From: Malacoraja senta
Taxonomy: Eukaryota
Direction of reading: 5' to 3'
Length of the DNA: 64,000 bases
Assembly: GCA_038087875.1 (NCBI GenBank)
Contig: CM075990.1
Location: 5,954,001 to 6,018,000 of the forward strand
Shown: in pieces, positions 13,935 through 24,777 of the stretch
Layout: every line of letters starts with the position of its first letter
How positions within the stretch are numbered: position 1 is the first letter of the stretch
Translations under genes and position numbers: made by a program
Notes under the pieces: generated by a model
Told to the model about the DNA's origin: nothing
Seen by the model: the letters and a program-made list of their open reading frames with translations, nothing else
The model's database searches: none

Positions 13935-14590
13935 ATAATTTCTGTCATCTCTAAAAGGGATTCCACAATGTGACATATACTCTCCTTTCTTCCTTTTTTA
14001 GCACCTTTAGTTACCTGTTCCCTTCATAACCCTTTGCATCTTGTTCTTACATTTTCCATTAACCAAATCCCTTCTCATGACACCTCATCATGTAACCACA
14101 GGAGATGCAACTCCTGCTCATAAGTTTGTAAGTGTTAGGAGTAGAATTAGGCCATTCGGCCCATTAAGTCTACTCCACCATTCAATCATGGCTGATCTAT
14201 CTCTCCCTCCTAACCCCATTCTCCTGCCTTCTCCCCATAACCTCTGACACCCGTACTAATCAAGATCTTTTGATCTTTTACCTCAACCCACCAGTCAGTA
14301 ACATGAACATTGTCAATTCACATACACGCCTTCCAATGAAGTGCATTGCATTCAGCTTTCACAGTGTGGTCTCTTCTACATTAGAGAAGCCAAGTGCAGA
14401 CTGGGTGACATATTTACAGAACACTTATGTTCAATCTGCAGGGACAGTCCTGAGCTTCCAGTTGCCCGCCACATTAATTCTCTGCCCCATTCCCACTCTA
14501 TGTTTGGCCTCCGCCATTGCTCCTATGATGCCCAACGTAAAAGTTCAGGAAACACACTTCATTTTCCCACCCTTGTAATTCTTCCCTGGT
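13935..14590 (+). mobile_element. Degenerate Penelope-like element, GIY-YIG endonuclease region (interrupted by a CR1 tail at about 14120-14265)
   Basis: HCIQLSQCGLFYIREAKCRLGDIFTEHL..ELPVARHINS corresponds to the PLE consensus IYCIxCxxCGLLYIGETKRRLGDRFAEHL..LPVAxHFNS. Confidence 0.8.
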
Positions 14591-14789
14591 GAAACATAGA
14601 AAATAGGTGCAGGAGTAGGCCATTCGGCCCTTTGAGCCAGCACCACCATTCAATGTGATAATGACTGATCATCCAGGAGATGCAACAGTGCTCCGTTCCC
14701 GCTTTCTCCCCATATCCCTTGATTCCGTTAACCCGAAGAGCTATATCTAACTCTGTTGAATACATCAAAGTTTTGAAAGACAGTGTTTC

Positions 14790-14989
14790 NNNNNNNNNNN
14801 NNNNNNNNNNNNNNNNNNNNNNNNNNNNNNNNNNNNNNNNNNNNNNNNNNNNNNNNNNNNNNNNNNNNNNNNNNNNNNNNNNNNNNNNNNNNNNNNNNNN
14901 NNNNNNNNNNNNNNNNNNNNNNNNNNNNNNNNNNNNNNNNNNNNNNNNNNNNNNNNNNNNNNNNNNNNNNNNNNNNNNNNNNNNNNNNN
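14790..14989. other. Assembly gap (200 N)
   Basis: Run of N in the sequence. Confidence 0.99.
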
Positions 14990-15796
14990 CTAGTCATGCC
15001 TACCCGCGTTTGGTCCATATTCCTCCAAACCTGTCCTATCCATGTTGGAGTAACTCAGCGGGACAGGCAGCATCTCCAGAGAGAAGGAATGGGTGACATT
15101 CCGGGTTGAGACCCTTCTTCAGACCAGAAATGTCACCCATTCCAGAGATGCTGCCTGTCCTGCTGAGTTACTCCAGCATTCTGTGTCTATCTTCATTGTA
15201 AACCAGCATCTGCAGTTCCTTCCTACACATGCTTGTCATGGTAAATGCTTGAATCATTGGATTTTTGAATAGAAATTTGGCAGATTGCAAGTAGCAGCAG
15301 AACCGGCAGTGTGGTGTTGTGAGCACTGAACAGTGGGATTAGTTTTGCATTCATCTGCCTAACATAGTCATAGTGGACTAAATGGCATATTACATAGTAA
15401 ACCTTACTGACTTTGGGGCATAAACTAGAAAATTGAATCTTTATTTCGACACCTTGATGCAGCCACCGTTTGAAAAGTGCTGCAGCCCCCTTTCATATAT
15501 TTTCATGTCCATAGGAAAAGTATCTAAGGATGCCGAACAAACCTGTGCCAGTTGAGTCATAGAGAATATCTAATCAAGCTCACTGTAACACCCACATACT
15601 CCCTAAGTTCATCAGACCATCGATTCATTTATTCGCTCTCCAATGGCCTTCAGTATTTGCTCCAAACACCTGCTGTGTAATTGGACTACGTGGTTTAACA
15701 TATCAGAGAGCATTAGCGTAACCACAGTTGGAATAAGAAGATTGTTGCCTCACAAAGAGTGACTTCAGTGCCAGGCAGGAAACCTCTCAGCAGATG

Positions 15797-16097
15797 TTTA
15801 GTTTAGTTTAGTTTAGAGATACAGTGCGGAAACAGGCCCTTCGGCCCACTAGTGATCCCCGCACATTAGCCCTATCCTACACACACTGGGGACAATTTTA
15901 CACATACACCAAGCCAAATAACCTACAGACCAGTATGTCTTTGGAGTGTGGGAGGAAACCGAAGATCTCTGAGAAAGCCCACGCGGTCATGGGGAGAACA
16001 TACATACTCCATACAGACAGCACCCGTAGTCAGGATCGAACCCGGGCCTCTGGCGCTGCAAGTGCTGTAAGGCAGCAACTCTACCGCTGCGCCACCG
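15797..16097 (-). mobile_element. tRNA-derived SINE (HE1/V-SINE-like)
   Basis: Box A (ggtggcgcagcggtag), box B (gggttcgatcc), V-domain-like core, CR1-like 3' tail and (ctaaa)n. Confidence 0.85.
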
Positions 16098-17060
16098 GAA
16101 AGATGAGATTAAACTTACATCCTTGTTCTTGATTTTTCTACTCTGGGTAAAAGACATCCTATCCATCCCCCTTGTGATCTTATAGTGGTACAATGGTGTA
16201 TAAGATCATGAGGATAGATAGGTTGAGTCTTTTACCCAGAGTAGAAAAATCAAGAACAAGAGGATGTACAGTAAGTTTAATGAGAGATAGGAAAGATTTA
16301 ATAGGAACCTGAGGGACAACTTTTTCAAACAGAGCGTGGTGGATATATGGAATGATCTGCCAGGGAAGGTAGTTGAGGCAGGTACTATAACAGCATTCAA
16401 AAGACATGTGGCCAGGAACATGGATATGAAGGGCTTGAAAGGATATGGGCCAAACATGGGCAGGTGACCAACTGTGGATGGGGCATCTTGGTCAGCAAAG
16501 GCAAGTTGGGCTGAATGGCCTGTTTCGCACTGTATAAGACTATGACAATGTGGGAAGCTTGGAAAAAATTGCAGTAGCCCTGGCAGAGATATTTGGATTC
16601 TGTTTTAGCGGTACCGGAAGACTAAGGGTAGCTGATGTTGTGTGTTTGTTTAAGAAGGGTTGCAAGGACAAGCCAGTGAACTACAGGACTGTGAGCCTAA
16701 CGTTATTAGTAGGACTGTTAATGGAGAGGATTATGAGGGACAGGATCTAACTGCATTTTGAAGGACAAGAACTAATTAGGGATAGCCAGCATAGCTTTGT
16801 GCATGGGCAATAATACCTCATGAATGTGATCAATTATTTGAAGGGGCAATGAAGCGGATTGATACGTCTCAGTTATCCTTTGTTGTTCCGTGTTTATCCC
16901 TTATCAATATATCCAAAATATGTCAGACATTTCTAAATCTTAGTCACTGTTGCTGTATGGCAGCTGCCATTTTGTACACGGTATGATCCCATTATTAAAG
17001 GGCATTAGAAGAAACCTATGGAAAGAAAGTGAAATTCTTTAACTGAAATGAGTAGATTAC

Positions 17061-17168
17061 CTCCGTGATTGTCCCAGAACTCGGCTGTAATTGGAAAAGA
17101 CTAACCAGACCTCTTTTTAGGTTCAGAGGTAATCCCCTTTCTTCAGCAGAACCATACAGAGCCTCTAT
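17061..17168 (-). CDS. MTTPL: MTTP-like exon 4 (IEALYGSAEERGLPLNLKRGLVSLFQLQPSSGTITE)
   Basis: Acceptor tttctttcag|, donor GAG|gtaatc, 108 bp. Contains the large-lipid-transfer-protein motif NLKRGLVSLFQ (MTTP NIKRGLASLFQ). Too short to appear in the ORF track. Confidence 0.93.
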
Positions 17169-17443
17169 CTGAAAGAAATATAAAATAAATTACTCCTGAA
17201 AGCATTCAAGCTTTACTTGGGCAGTTTTTGTTTTTGTTGGCAAATACAAAATTACAATAAAAATGATTCACAAATTGACAGTGCTGGCTCAAAGGGCCGA
17301 ATGGCCTACTCCTGCACCTATTATCTATTGTATCTTTAACCTCCACCAAATATGACTACTTAAAAAAGATAGACGATGAACCAACCTTCTAGTTTAAATT
17401 TAAATAACACCACAATTTCAACCTGACAAAAACAATTATCATT

Positions 17444-17972
17444 CAGTAAACCCTTGTTATAACGGACCACAGGGAGAAGATTGGTGTCTGTTGTTGCCGA
17501 TTGTCCGCTATAACCGAGTACGGTATTATCATTGTATAAGTAGTAGAAACAAAAACTGCAGTTGCTGGTTAATACACAAAAGGACGCGAAGTGCTGGAGT
17601 AACTCAGCTGGTCAGGCAGCATCTCTGGAGAACGTGGATAGGTGATGTTTCGGGTCGAGACCCTTCCTCAGACTCTCGGTCCGGAACAGGGCCTGGAATC
17701 CAGGCGAGTTGACGGCCCCGGCCTGCTGGCGGCTGGGGCAGTGGTGAGGATCGGTGGAGTCAATGGTCACGGCCCGCGGGCGGTTGGAGTGCAGGTAAAG
17801 TTCAGCGGTGGTGGCGGGAGGAGCGGCCTGCCAAGAACAGGGGAGGCGGTGCGAGCTGGGGTGGTGTGGGCAGCCTGGGCCGTAAGCAGCAGGGGAAGCA
17901 GTGCAAAATGGGCAGTGGTGTGGGCCATCCACTATAACCAAAATCCGTTATAAAGAAATCCGTTAAGGGTTT
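17444..17972. mobile_element. Probable non-autonomous pogo/Tigger-type DNA transposon with a nested Penelope-end repeat
   Basis: Left end cagtaaacccttgttataacgg, degenerate right end ccgttataa..ccgttaagggttta, repeated subterminal ccgYtataac motifs, GC-rich interior. Confidence 0.55.
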
Positions 17973-18505
17973 AAGCTATATTAATCTTTTATGAACAAAA
18001 TTACATTTAGATTTCATAAAGATTCAAGATTCAAGAGAGTTTATTGTCATGTGTCCCTGATAAGACAATGAAATTCTTGCTTTGCTTCAGCACAACAGAA
18101 TATAGTAGGCATGACTACAGAACAGATCAGTGTGTCTATATACCCTTATATAAAGAAAGGGCCATTGTGTAAAGCATGCAATAGCAAACTGACAACCCAC
18201 TCACTCAAATTTCCTTCAGTGAATATTCAACCAGGCAGAGAGAAAAAGCATTATTTTTTCACCTAAGCTGCAATCGTCACCCAAGACAATTTCACATCAA
18301 TTTTGATTTGCTGATACTGGCTGGTGCATACATTTTGGACAAACTGCTTCCTTGTTGTCACTTCTTAAATATTACACTGTTGGACTGTCCAACATGTGGG
18401 TTTAATAACTGGAAAAGTGCTTGATCCTACGTTCTTCTGAAACAGGGACGCATGCAATCACTGAGATTTTCCGACACCAGTCAAGAATGTTGCTGAAGGA
18501 ATTAC

Positions 18506-18649
18506 CTTTCCTGAATTCCAGTGAAAGATTACGGGTTTCTTTAAAGCTGCCATTATTGTCGGCCCCAGCAAACTCTCAGAATGAGTGTCTTTGAAGCTGT
18601 TTCGATTCTCATTTTGTTCAGAAACGTTCAGCAGTTTTACTTCTTCTAC
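18506..18649 (-). CDS. MTTPL: MTTP-like exon 3 (VEEVKLLNVSEQNENRNSFKDTHSESLLGPTIMAALKKPVIFHWNSGK)
   Basis: Acceptor tctcctatacag|, donor AAG|gtaatt, 144 bp, phase 0-0. Same size as human MTTP exon 3 as recalled, with similarity to ..[22 protein letters not shown]. Confidence 0.9.
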
Positions 18650-18920
18650 CTGTATAGGAGAAGAAGACACAGTTCAGTATGAATATAGCTTTAACAACAT
18701 TATAAACATCCATTCTCAGTGTCATTGATGGATGTGCTGACGATTCTTAAAATTACTCACCGCATTACATCTGAGAAAGGCGCTAATCATCATTTCCACT
18801 TACAAAGTTTAGGTTTAAGACACCAGACACCAGAACACCAGCTGGCAGAGGAGGTAGTTGAGGCAGGGATTGTCCCAACGTTTAAGAAACAGTTAGAAAG
18901 GTACATGGATAGGACAGGTT

Positions 18921-20650
18921 CGGACACCAGAAGCATGTGGCAGAGTGTCAGGGACATCACCGACTATAAGAGCAGCCCCGCCTGCCCCCACGGTGATATC
19001 ACACTGGCCAACGAACTAAACACCTTCTTTGCCCGGTTCGAAACTGGCAACACCACCAGGGGTGGAATAACCCCGGCCATGGCGGAGGGACAGGCCTTAA
19101 CACTGAGCACCCAGGAGGTACAGTGCGCTCTGCGTAGGATAAATCCACGGAAGGCTGCAGGCCCGGATGGAGTCCAGGGAAGGGTACTAAAGGACTGTGC
19201 TGTACAGCTGGCAGAGGTATTCACGAGAATCTTCAATATGTCTCTATCTCTGGCAACGGCCCCCAAGTGCCTGAAAACAGCCACCATAGTGCCGGTGCCG
19301 AAAAAGTCCAAAGTCACCAACCTGAACGACTACCGCCCGGTTGCCCTAACTCCAATCCCAATGAAGTGCTTCGAAAGGCTGGTCCTCTCCCATATCAAAT
19401 CCAGCATCCCTGCCTCACTGGACTCCCATCAATTTGCATACAGGGCAAATAGATCAACAGAGGATGCCATCTCTCTGGCTCTTCACACTGTCCTGACTCA
19501 CCTGGACAGACAGGGCACGTATGTGAGGATGCTCTTCATTGACTATAGCTCTGCATTCAATACGGTCATCCCCACCAAGCTCACCACCAAACTCCACCAG
19601 CTAGGCCTCAGCTCGCTGATATGCGATTGGATCCTGAACTTTCTGACGGAGCGACCGCAGGCAGTGAGACTGGGCCCGCACCTGTCCTCCACTATCACCC
19701 TGAGCACCGGCACACCACAGGGCTGTGTACTAAGCCCCATGCTCTACTCCCTCTTCACTCACGACTGTGTCCCTGCATTCGACACCAACACCATCGTGAA
19801 GTTTGCAGACGACACAACAGTGATTGGGCTGATCACCAACGGTGATGAAACAAAATACAGAGTGGAGGTGCAGAACCTGGCGAACTGGTGCGCTCATAAC
19901 AACTTGTCACTAAACACCTCCAAGACCAAGGAGCTGATTAGTGACTTCAGGAGGTCCCATAATGGAGAATACGCCCCAATCTCCATTTACGGGGAAAGTG
20001 TGGAGAGAGTGTCCAGCTTTAAGTTTCTGGGCACTCACATTTCAGAGGACCTCACATGGTCCACCAACACCGCTGCGCTGGTCAAGAAGGCACAGCAATG
20101 ACTGTTCTTCCTGAGGACATTAAAAAAGACTGGTCTGCCCCAACAGCTGCTGACAACGTTCTACCGCTGCACCACAGAGAGCATATTAACGTATGGCATC
20201 TCTGTGTGGTATCTCAGCTGCACGGAGGCGGAGAGGAGAGCTCTTCAGCGCGTCGTCCACAGAGCGCAGAGGATCATTGGGACGGAGCTACCAGCCTTGG
20301 AGGGCATCTACCACACACGGTGCCTCAGGAAGGCCGTCAGCATCCATAAGGACTCATCACACCCTTGTAACGGACTGCTTGAACTACTTCCCTCCGGCAG
20401 ACGTTACAAGGCCTTCTACGCCCGAATCTCCAGACTCAGAAACAGCTTTATTCCAAGAGCTATAGCGGCTCTGAACCGGCCCTGCTGAGTGCCCCCCCAC
20501 CCATGCCCCCTGGACAGTCTCCCTCGGATGGTCACGTCACTCAGCTTGCTTATTTATTTATCTTACTTTTCTTGTACATCGGTGGAGCTGCATACTAAAT
20601 CTCGTTGCACTGACGTGCAATGACAATAAAAGATATTATTATTATTATTA
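18921..20650 (+). mobile_element. Rex1/Babar non-LTR retrotransposon, 5'-truncated, RT domain with a single nonsense mutation
   Basis: KAAGPDG, NDYRPVALT, LFIDYSSAFNT, GTPQGCVLSP and VKFADD. The frame is open to 20488 except for TGA at 20099 (AQQ*LFFLR, CGA>TGA). (ATT)n tail. Confidence 0.95.
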
Positions 20651-21024
20651 TTAAGGTGAAGGAAAAGATTTAATAGCAATGTGAGGGGTAATGTTTTCAC
20701 ACGAAGGGTGATGGGTGTATGGAACAAGCTGGCAGAGGAGGTAGTTGAGGCAGGGATTGTCCCAACATTTAAGAAACAGTTAGAAAGGTACATGGATAGG
20801 ACAGGTTTGGAGGGATATGGAGAAAACGTGGGCAGGTGGGACTGGTGTGGCTGAGACGTTGGCCAGTGTGGGCAAGGTGAGCCAAACAGCCTGTTTCCAT
20901 GCTGTATCACTCTATGACTATAATGGTTTTAAGATTGTTGAACAAGAATATAAATAGACCTACAAGACTTTCAAACTTGCAATGACATTGATATAATTAT
21001 TTAATGTCACTTAATATTTCTGCT

Positions 21025-21340
21025 TTAGTTTCATTTTAGTTTAGAGATGCAGTGCGGAAACAGGCCCTTCAGCCCACACCGAGTCCACACCGACCAGCGA
21101 TCCCCGCACATTAACATTATCCTACACATACTAGGGACAATTTACATTTACACCAAACCAATCAGCCTACAAACCTGTACGTCTTTGGAGTGTGCGAGGA
21201 AACCGAAGATCTCGGAGAAAACCCACGCAGGTCACGGGGGGAACGGTACAAACTCCGTGCAGACAGCACCTGTAGTCAGGATCGAACCCTGGTCTCTGAC
21301 ACTGTAAGCCAGCAAATCTACTGCTGTGCCACCACTGTGC
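21025..21340 (-). mobile_element. tRNA-derived SINE (HE1/V-SINE-like)
   Basis: Same structure as the copy at 15797-16097. Confidence 0.85.
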
Positions 21341-21374
21341 AAACTAACAGCACAGAATAAAGTCATTTACTTAC

Positions 21375-21559
21375 TTGCAATTGAATTAGCTTCTCGTGCT
21401 GGCTGCTGCTGTTTTCCCAAACCACATTAAGTTGAGTTACAGCTTCAATCCTGAATCCTGACGTCGGCAATGTGTCTGGACTGAACAAAGTCTCCAGTAC
21501 CAAATCCACAGTGTATTTGTACTTGACCAATGCATTGGATGCAAGACCCACAGTTTCTC
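21375..21559 (-). CDS. MTTPL: MTTP-like exon 2 (ETVGLASNALVKYKYTVDLVLE...GFRIEAVTQLNVVWENSSSQHEKLIQLQ)
   Basis: Acceptor ctgctattag|, donor CAA|gtaagt, 185 bp, phase 1 to 0. Aligns by eye with the MTTP N-terminal beta-barrel (YKLTYSTEVLL..GYRISSNVDVALLWRN..QLIQI). Confidence 0.88.
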
Positions 21560-24157
21560 CTAATAGCAGAATAAATTATAAAAGCTTGCAATCATCTTTT
21601 ACATATCAAATTTAATTGACATTTTGAAAACAAATTATCCCCCCCCCCCCCCCTTTACAGCCAAGTGTGCTACCTGTTTAAAAATATGAGGGGACGTGCA
21701 TCTAAATCACTATTAATTCACTCGGTTAGCTTTGAATTTTATGGAAAACTTTTTCTCTCAAATCCTAAAGTAGATTCCTTTAATGTATATGACTATATCA
21801 AACTAAATAATTCTATAGACTTTCTTACCATCATCAGTGAAAGGCTCCACACTGAATGAAATCAATAACATTTTAACTATAGCATTTTGATTTTTTTTAA
21901 ATTACTTGTTTCTTGGGATCTGAACATCATTGGTAAGTATCATTTATTTGAGAAGATGCTTTTGAGTCATTTTCTTGATTCATTGCACTCCTTATGATGA
22001 TGGTAGAGCCACAATGTGGTTGGATAGGGAGTTCTAGAAATTAGACCCAGCAGTAATGGAAGATCAGATTCTTGAGTCAGCATGGTGTGCCTCTTGAAGA
22101 GGAATATGCAGCCGGTGATCCCATACACCTGCTTTAATTGTCCTTTCTGGTGGCAGAGGTCATGGAGTTAGGAGGTGATGTTGCAATAGCCTAGGAAAGT
22201 AACTGCAGTGGATATTGTAGATGGTACACATTACAGCCACAGTGTGCAGGCGGTGGAAGGAATGAACATTTAGCATGGTGGACATGTTGGCAGTCATCAA
22301 ACAGGTGGATGTGTTTTGGATGTTTCATTGGTGTAGTTGGAACTGCACCAATCCCGTAAAGTGGAGAATATATAACATCGCATTCCTGGCAGGTGATGAA
22401 AAGGGCTTGGATTTTCAGGAGTAACTTTCCACAAGTTACCCACCCTCTGATCTGGCTTCATAGCCACTGTATTTATGTGGCTGGCCCAATTGAGTCTCTG
22501 GTCAGTGATGGCCCCCGTGATGCTGACGGTAATGCCCCTTGCCAATGGTAAATACTTGAGAGGGGAAAGTAGACTTTATAAGAGACAAAGCAATTCATTA
22601 TGCATCTTTTATAGTGCGTTAAGTCTTCCTGAACGTTGATGGGTTGAACTATGCTATGGTACAGACTGTTTATGCTTTGATGCAAGAATGGAATGTTTCC
22701 ATCATTGTATAACAGCACAATATTGCAAAGTCTGAAGTTTTCTTAATTTGACCCATTGATTCATTGCTCAATCATTTGTTTGTGCATAACTTACCTATTT
22801 TATTCCTCTGCATTGATGCTTAGTTTTGTACATATGTATTGCAAACTTAAATGGTCTTAAATATGGTCTTAAATTCAAGTGAATCCAAACAGGGGCACTA
22901 GATGGTGCAATTAGTTAGTTAGCTTAGTTTACTGTCAAGTGTACCAAGGTACAGTGAAGAGCTTTTGTTGCGTGCTTACCGGTCGACGGAAAGACAGTAT
23001 GTGATTACAATCGAGCCATCCACAGTGTGCAGATACATGATAAAGGGAATAATGGGAATAATATAAGATAAAGCCAGTGAAGTCCAATCCAAGACAGTCT
23101 GAGGGTCTCCAATGAAGATGATAGGAGTTCAGGACTGCTCTCTATTTGTGGTGGGATGGTTCAGTAGCATGATAACAATTGGGAATAAATATTAATGTCC
23201 TGGCAAACACTTTGGTAATTGGCTACAAGTGTCAATCTGACCAATGTCTCATCGCCCTGTGGTTTTTCAAATCCTTTCCTTCAGGTTTGAAAGTCTAGAA
23301 ATTGGATTGGAGAAACTCAATGTGTGCTCAACTTGTAAACATGTAAAGACTGTGATAAGAGGTTCTGTCTGAGCATGTTCTCCAGTGATTGCATACGTTT
23401 CCTGGTCAAGTCGTGCTTTTTCGGAAACTGACAACTCTCTCCCTCGCCCACCATATTAATAACCATTCTCTGCGACGCTTCTGTCGGCTTCACTGCACGT
23501 CTGTACATGTGATAATAAAGAACCATTGAAACTTTTACCGGGTTCACTTAAGAACCGATCATGGCTTCAGTGAGCTGACCCGGGAGTTGCCATTGATTGT
23601 GGACGTTCAGGACCACTCAAGGAAAACGGACATAATGCTCATAAGTTTGCAGGGGTTGGGATAAAGGGCTACTTCGAGAAAACTCGCGCATTGTTAACTC
23701 CTGGGTTTTCCTTCCAATCCCACTTTTTTTCTGATTCCCCTGTTTATTTTTCCGAGTCTCTGTTCCACATCTTGTGATATCCCCCTTCTCTCGTTACCAC
23801 GCTGCTATGTTTCGCATGCAGATACCATTTGCAAGCAGTCATCTGTGCATTGCATTGTGCAAGTCAGTAAAGACCTGCAATCAATCTTAAAGAAGTTGCC
23901 CATGTAGTTTGAAGAAGGGTCTCGACCCGAAACATCACTTAAACCTTTTCTCCAAAGATGTTGCCTGACTCCCTGAGTAACTCCAGTTTTTTGTGTCTAT
24001 CTTCAGTCCATGTTGTTGCTTCCTTGATACAAGGAAGTCTCAATTTTGCTTTTTTTTCTGTTACCTTCTGACCTGACATAAAGATAAATCACATCAGATA
24101 AAAATGGGTAGAATTCAGTTTCTTGGTTTGCAACTGAACACGTTTCCGAGGTTCACA

Positions 24158-24320
24158 ATAATAATAATAATAATGAATTTTATTTATGGGCGCCTTATAC
24201 CGAGGTCTCAAGGACACCTTACAGAGATTTATAGGAAACATATAATCAGAATTTAAAAAAATAAGTTATAAAGACCAATACACAAATCAGGGACAGAATT
24301 CCTTCCAAAAACACAAAAAA
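24158..24320 (-). mobile_element. L2-type 3' tail with (TTA)n end
   Basis: Minus strand reads tgtaaggtgtccttgag..aaggcgcccataaataaaattcattattattatt. Confidence 0.55.
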
Positions 24321-24383
24321 TGCTGGAAACGTCAATGAAATGTTATTATTTTTGCGCCGTTCGTTTATCCAGGAGAAACTCAC

Positions 24384-24453
24384 CTTCAGCGTATAGCAGC
24401 GTGAAGATCAGTAACACCAGCACACGCTTCCTTGAGATTTCTGGAGTCCCCAT
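24384..24453 (-). CDS. MTTPL: MTTP-like (microsomal triglyceride transfer protein large subunit paralogue), coding exon 1, signal peptide MGTPEISRKRVLVLLIFTLLYAE(G)
   Basis: ATG at 24453, basic then hydrophobic signal-peptide pattern, donor GAAG|gtgagt. It is 70 bp and ends in phase 1, joining exon 2 in frame, like MTTP exon 1. Confidence 0.8.
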
Positions 24454-24744
24454 AATCCACCCTCAAGTCACACGTTCATCAAAGAAACCAACCACTTGCC
24501 AGTCGACTCTTTCACCGGCTGGTGAAGGGACAGAGAGGAAAACGCCAGCTTGGAAAAGCAGAATAGGGTAAGAGAACGCTGGCGGTCGACCCGGCCAAAG
24601 AAATTAATGCAGAAAAGCTTGCGAAATTTGCCGGAACTTGCAAAATGTGCTGAAGTTTTGTACTTGAGCGAGAGGTGGCCCGATGCGGGCAATGACTCCA
24701 TTAAGGGGTGCGCGTCAGTGGTTGTGAACTGCTCTGTCTGTGTA

Positions 24745-24746
24745 AT

Positions 24747-24777
<31 letters not shown>
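24745..24777. repeat. (GT)n microsatellite upstream of the MTTP-like start
   Basis: Direct reading of the sequence. Confidence 0.9.

Noticed and set aside
14680..15109. ORFs spanning X runs
   Set aside because: Artefacts of the N gap.
15440..15670. Candidate MTTP-like exon 5/6 (cag|GTGTTTGGAGCA.., VFGANTEGH)
   Set aside because: In-frame stops and no continuing similarity.
16040..16097. tRNA-like A/B boxes
   Set aside because: These are SINE heads, not functional tRNA genes.
23317..23547. 76-aa minus-strand ORF in MTTP-like intron 1
   Set aside because: No MTTP similarity, and exons 1 and 2 already join in frame.
24480..24740. Specific transcription-factor sites in the MTTP-like promoter region
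   Set aside because: Mildly CpG-rich and plausibly a promoter, but no motif can be supported by eye.
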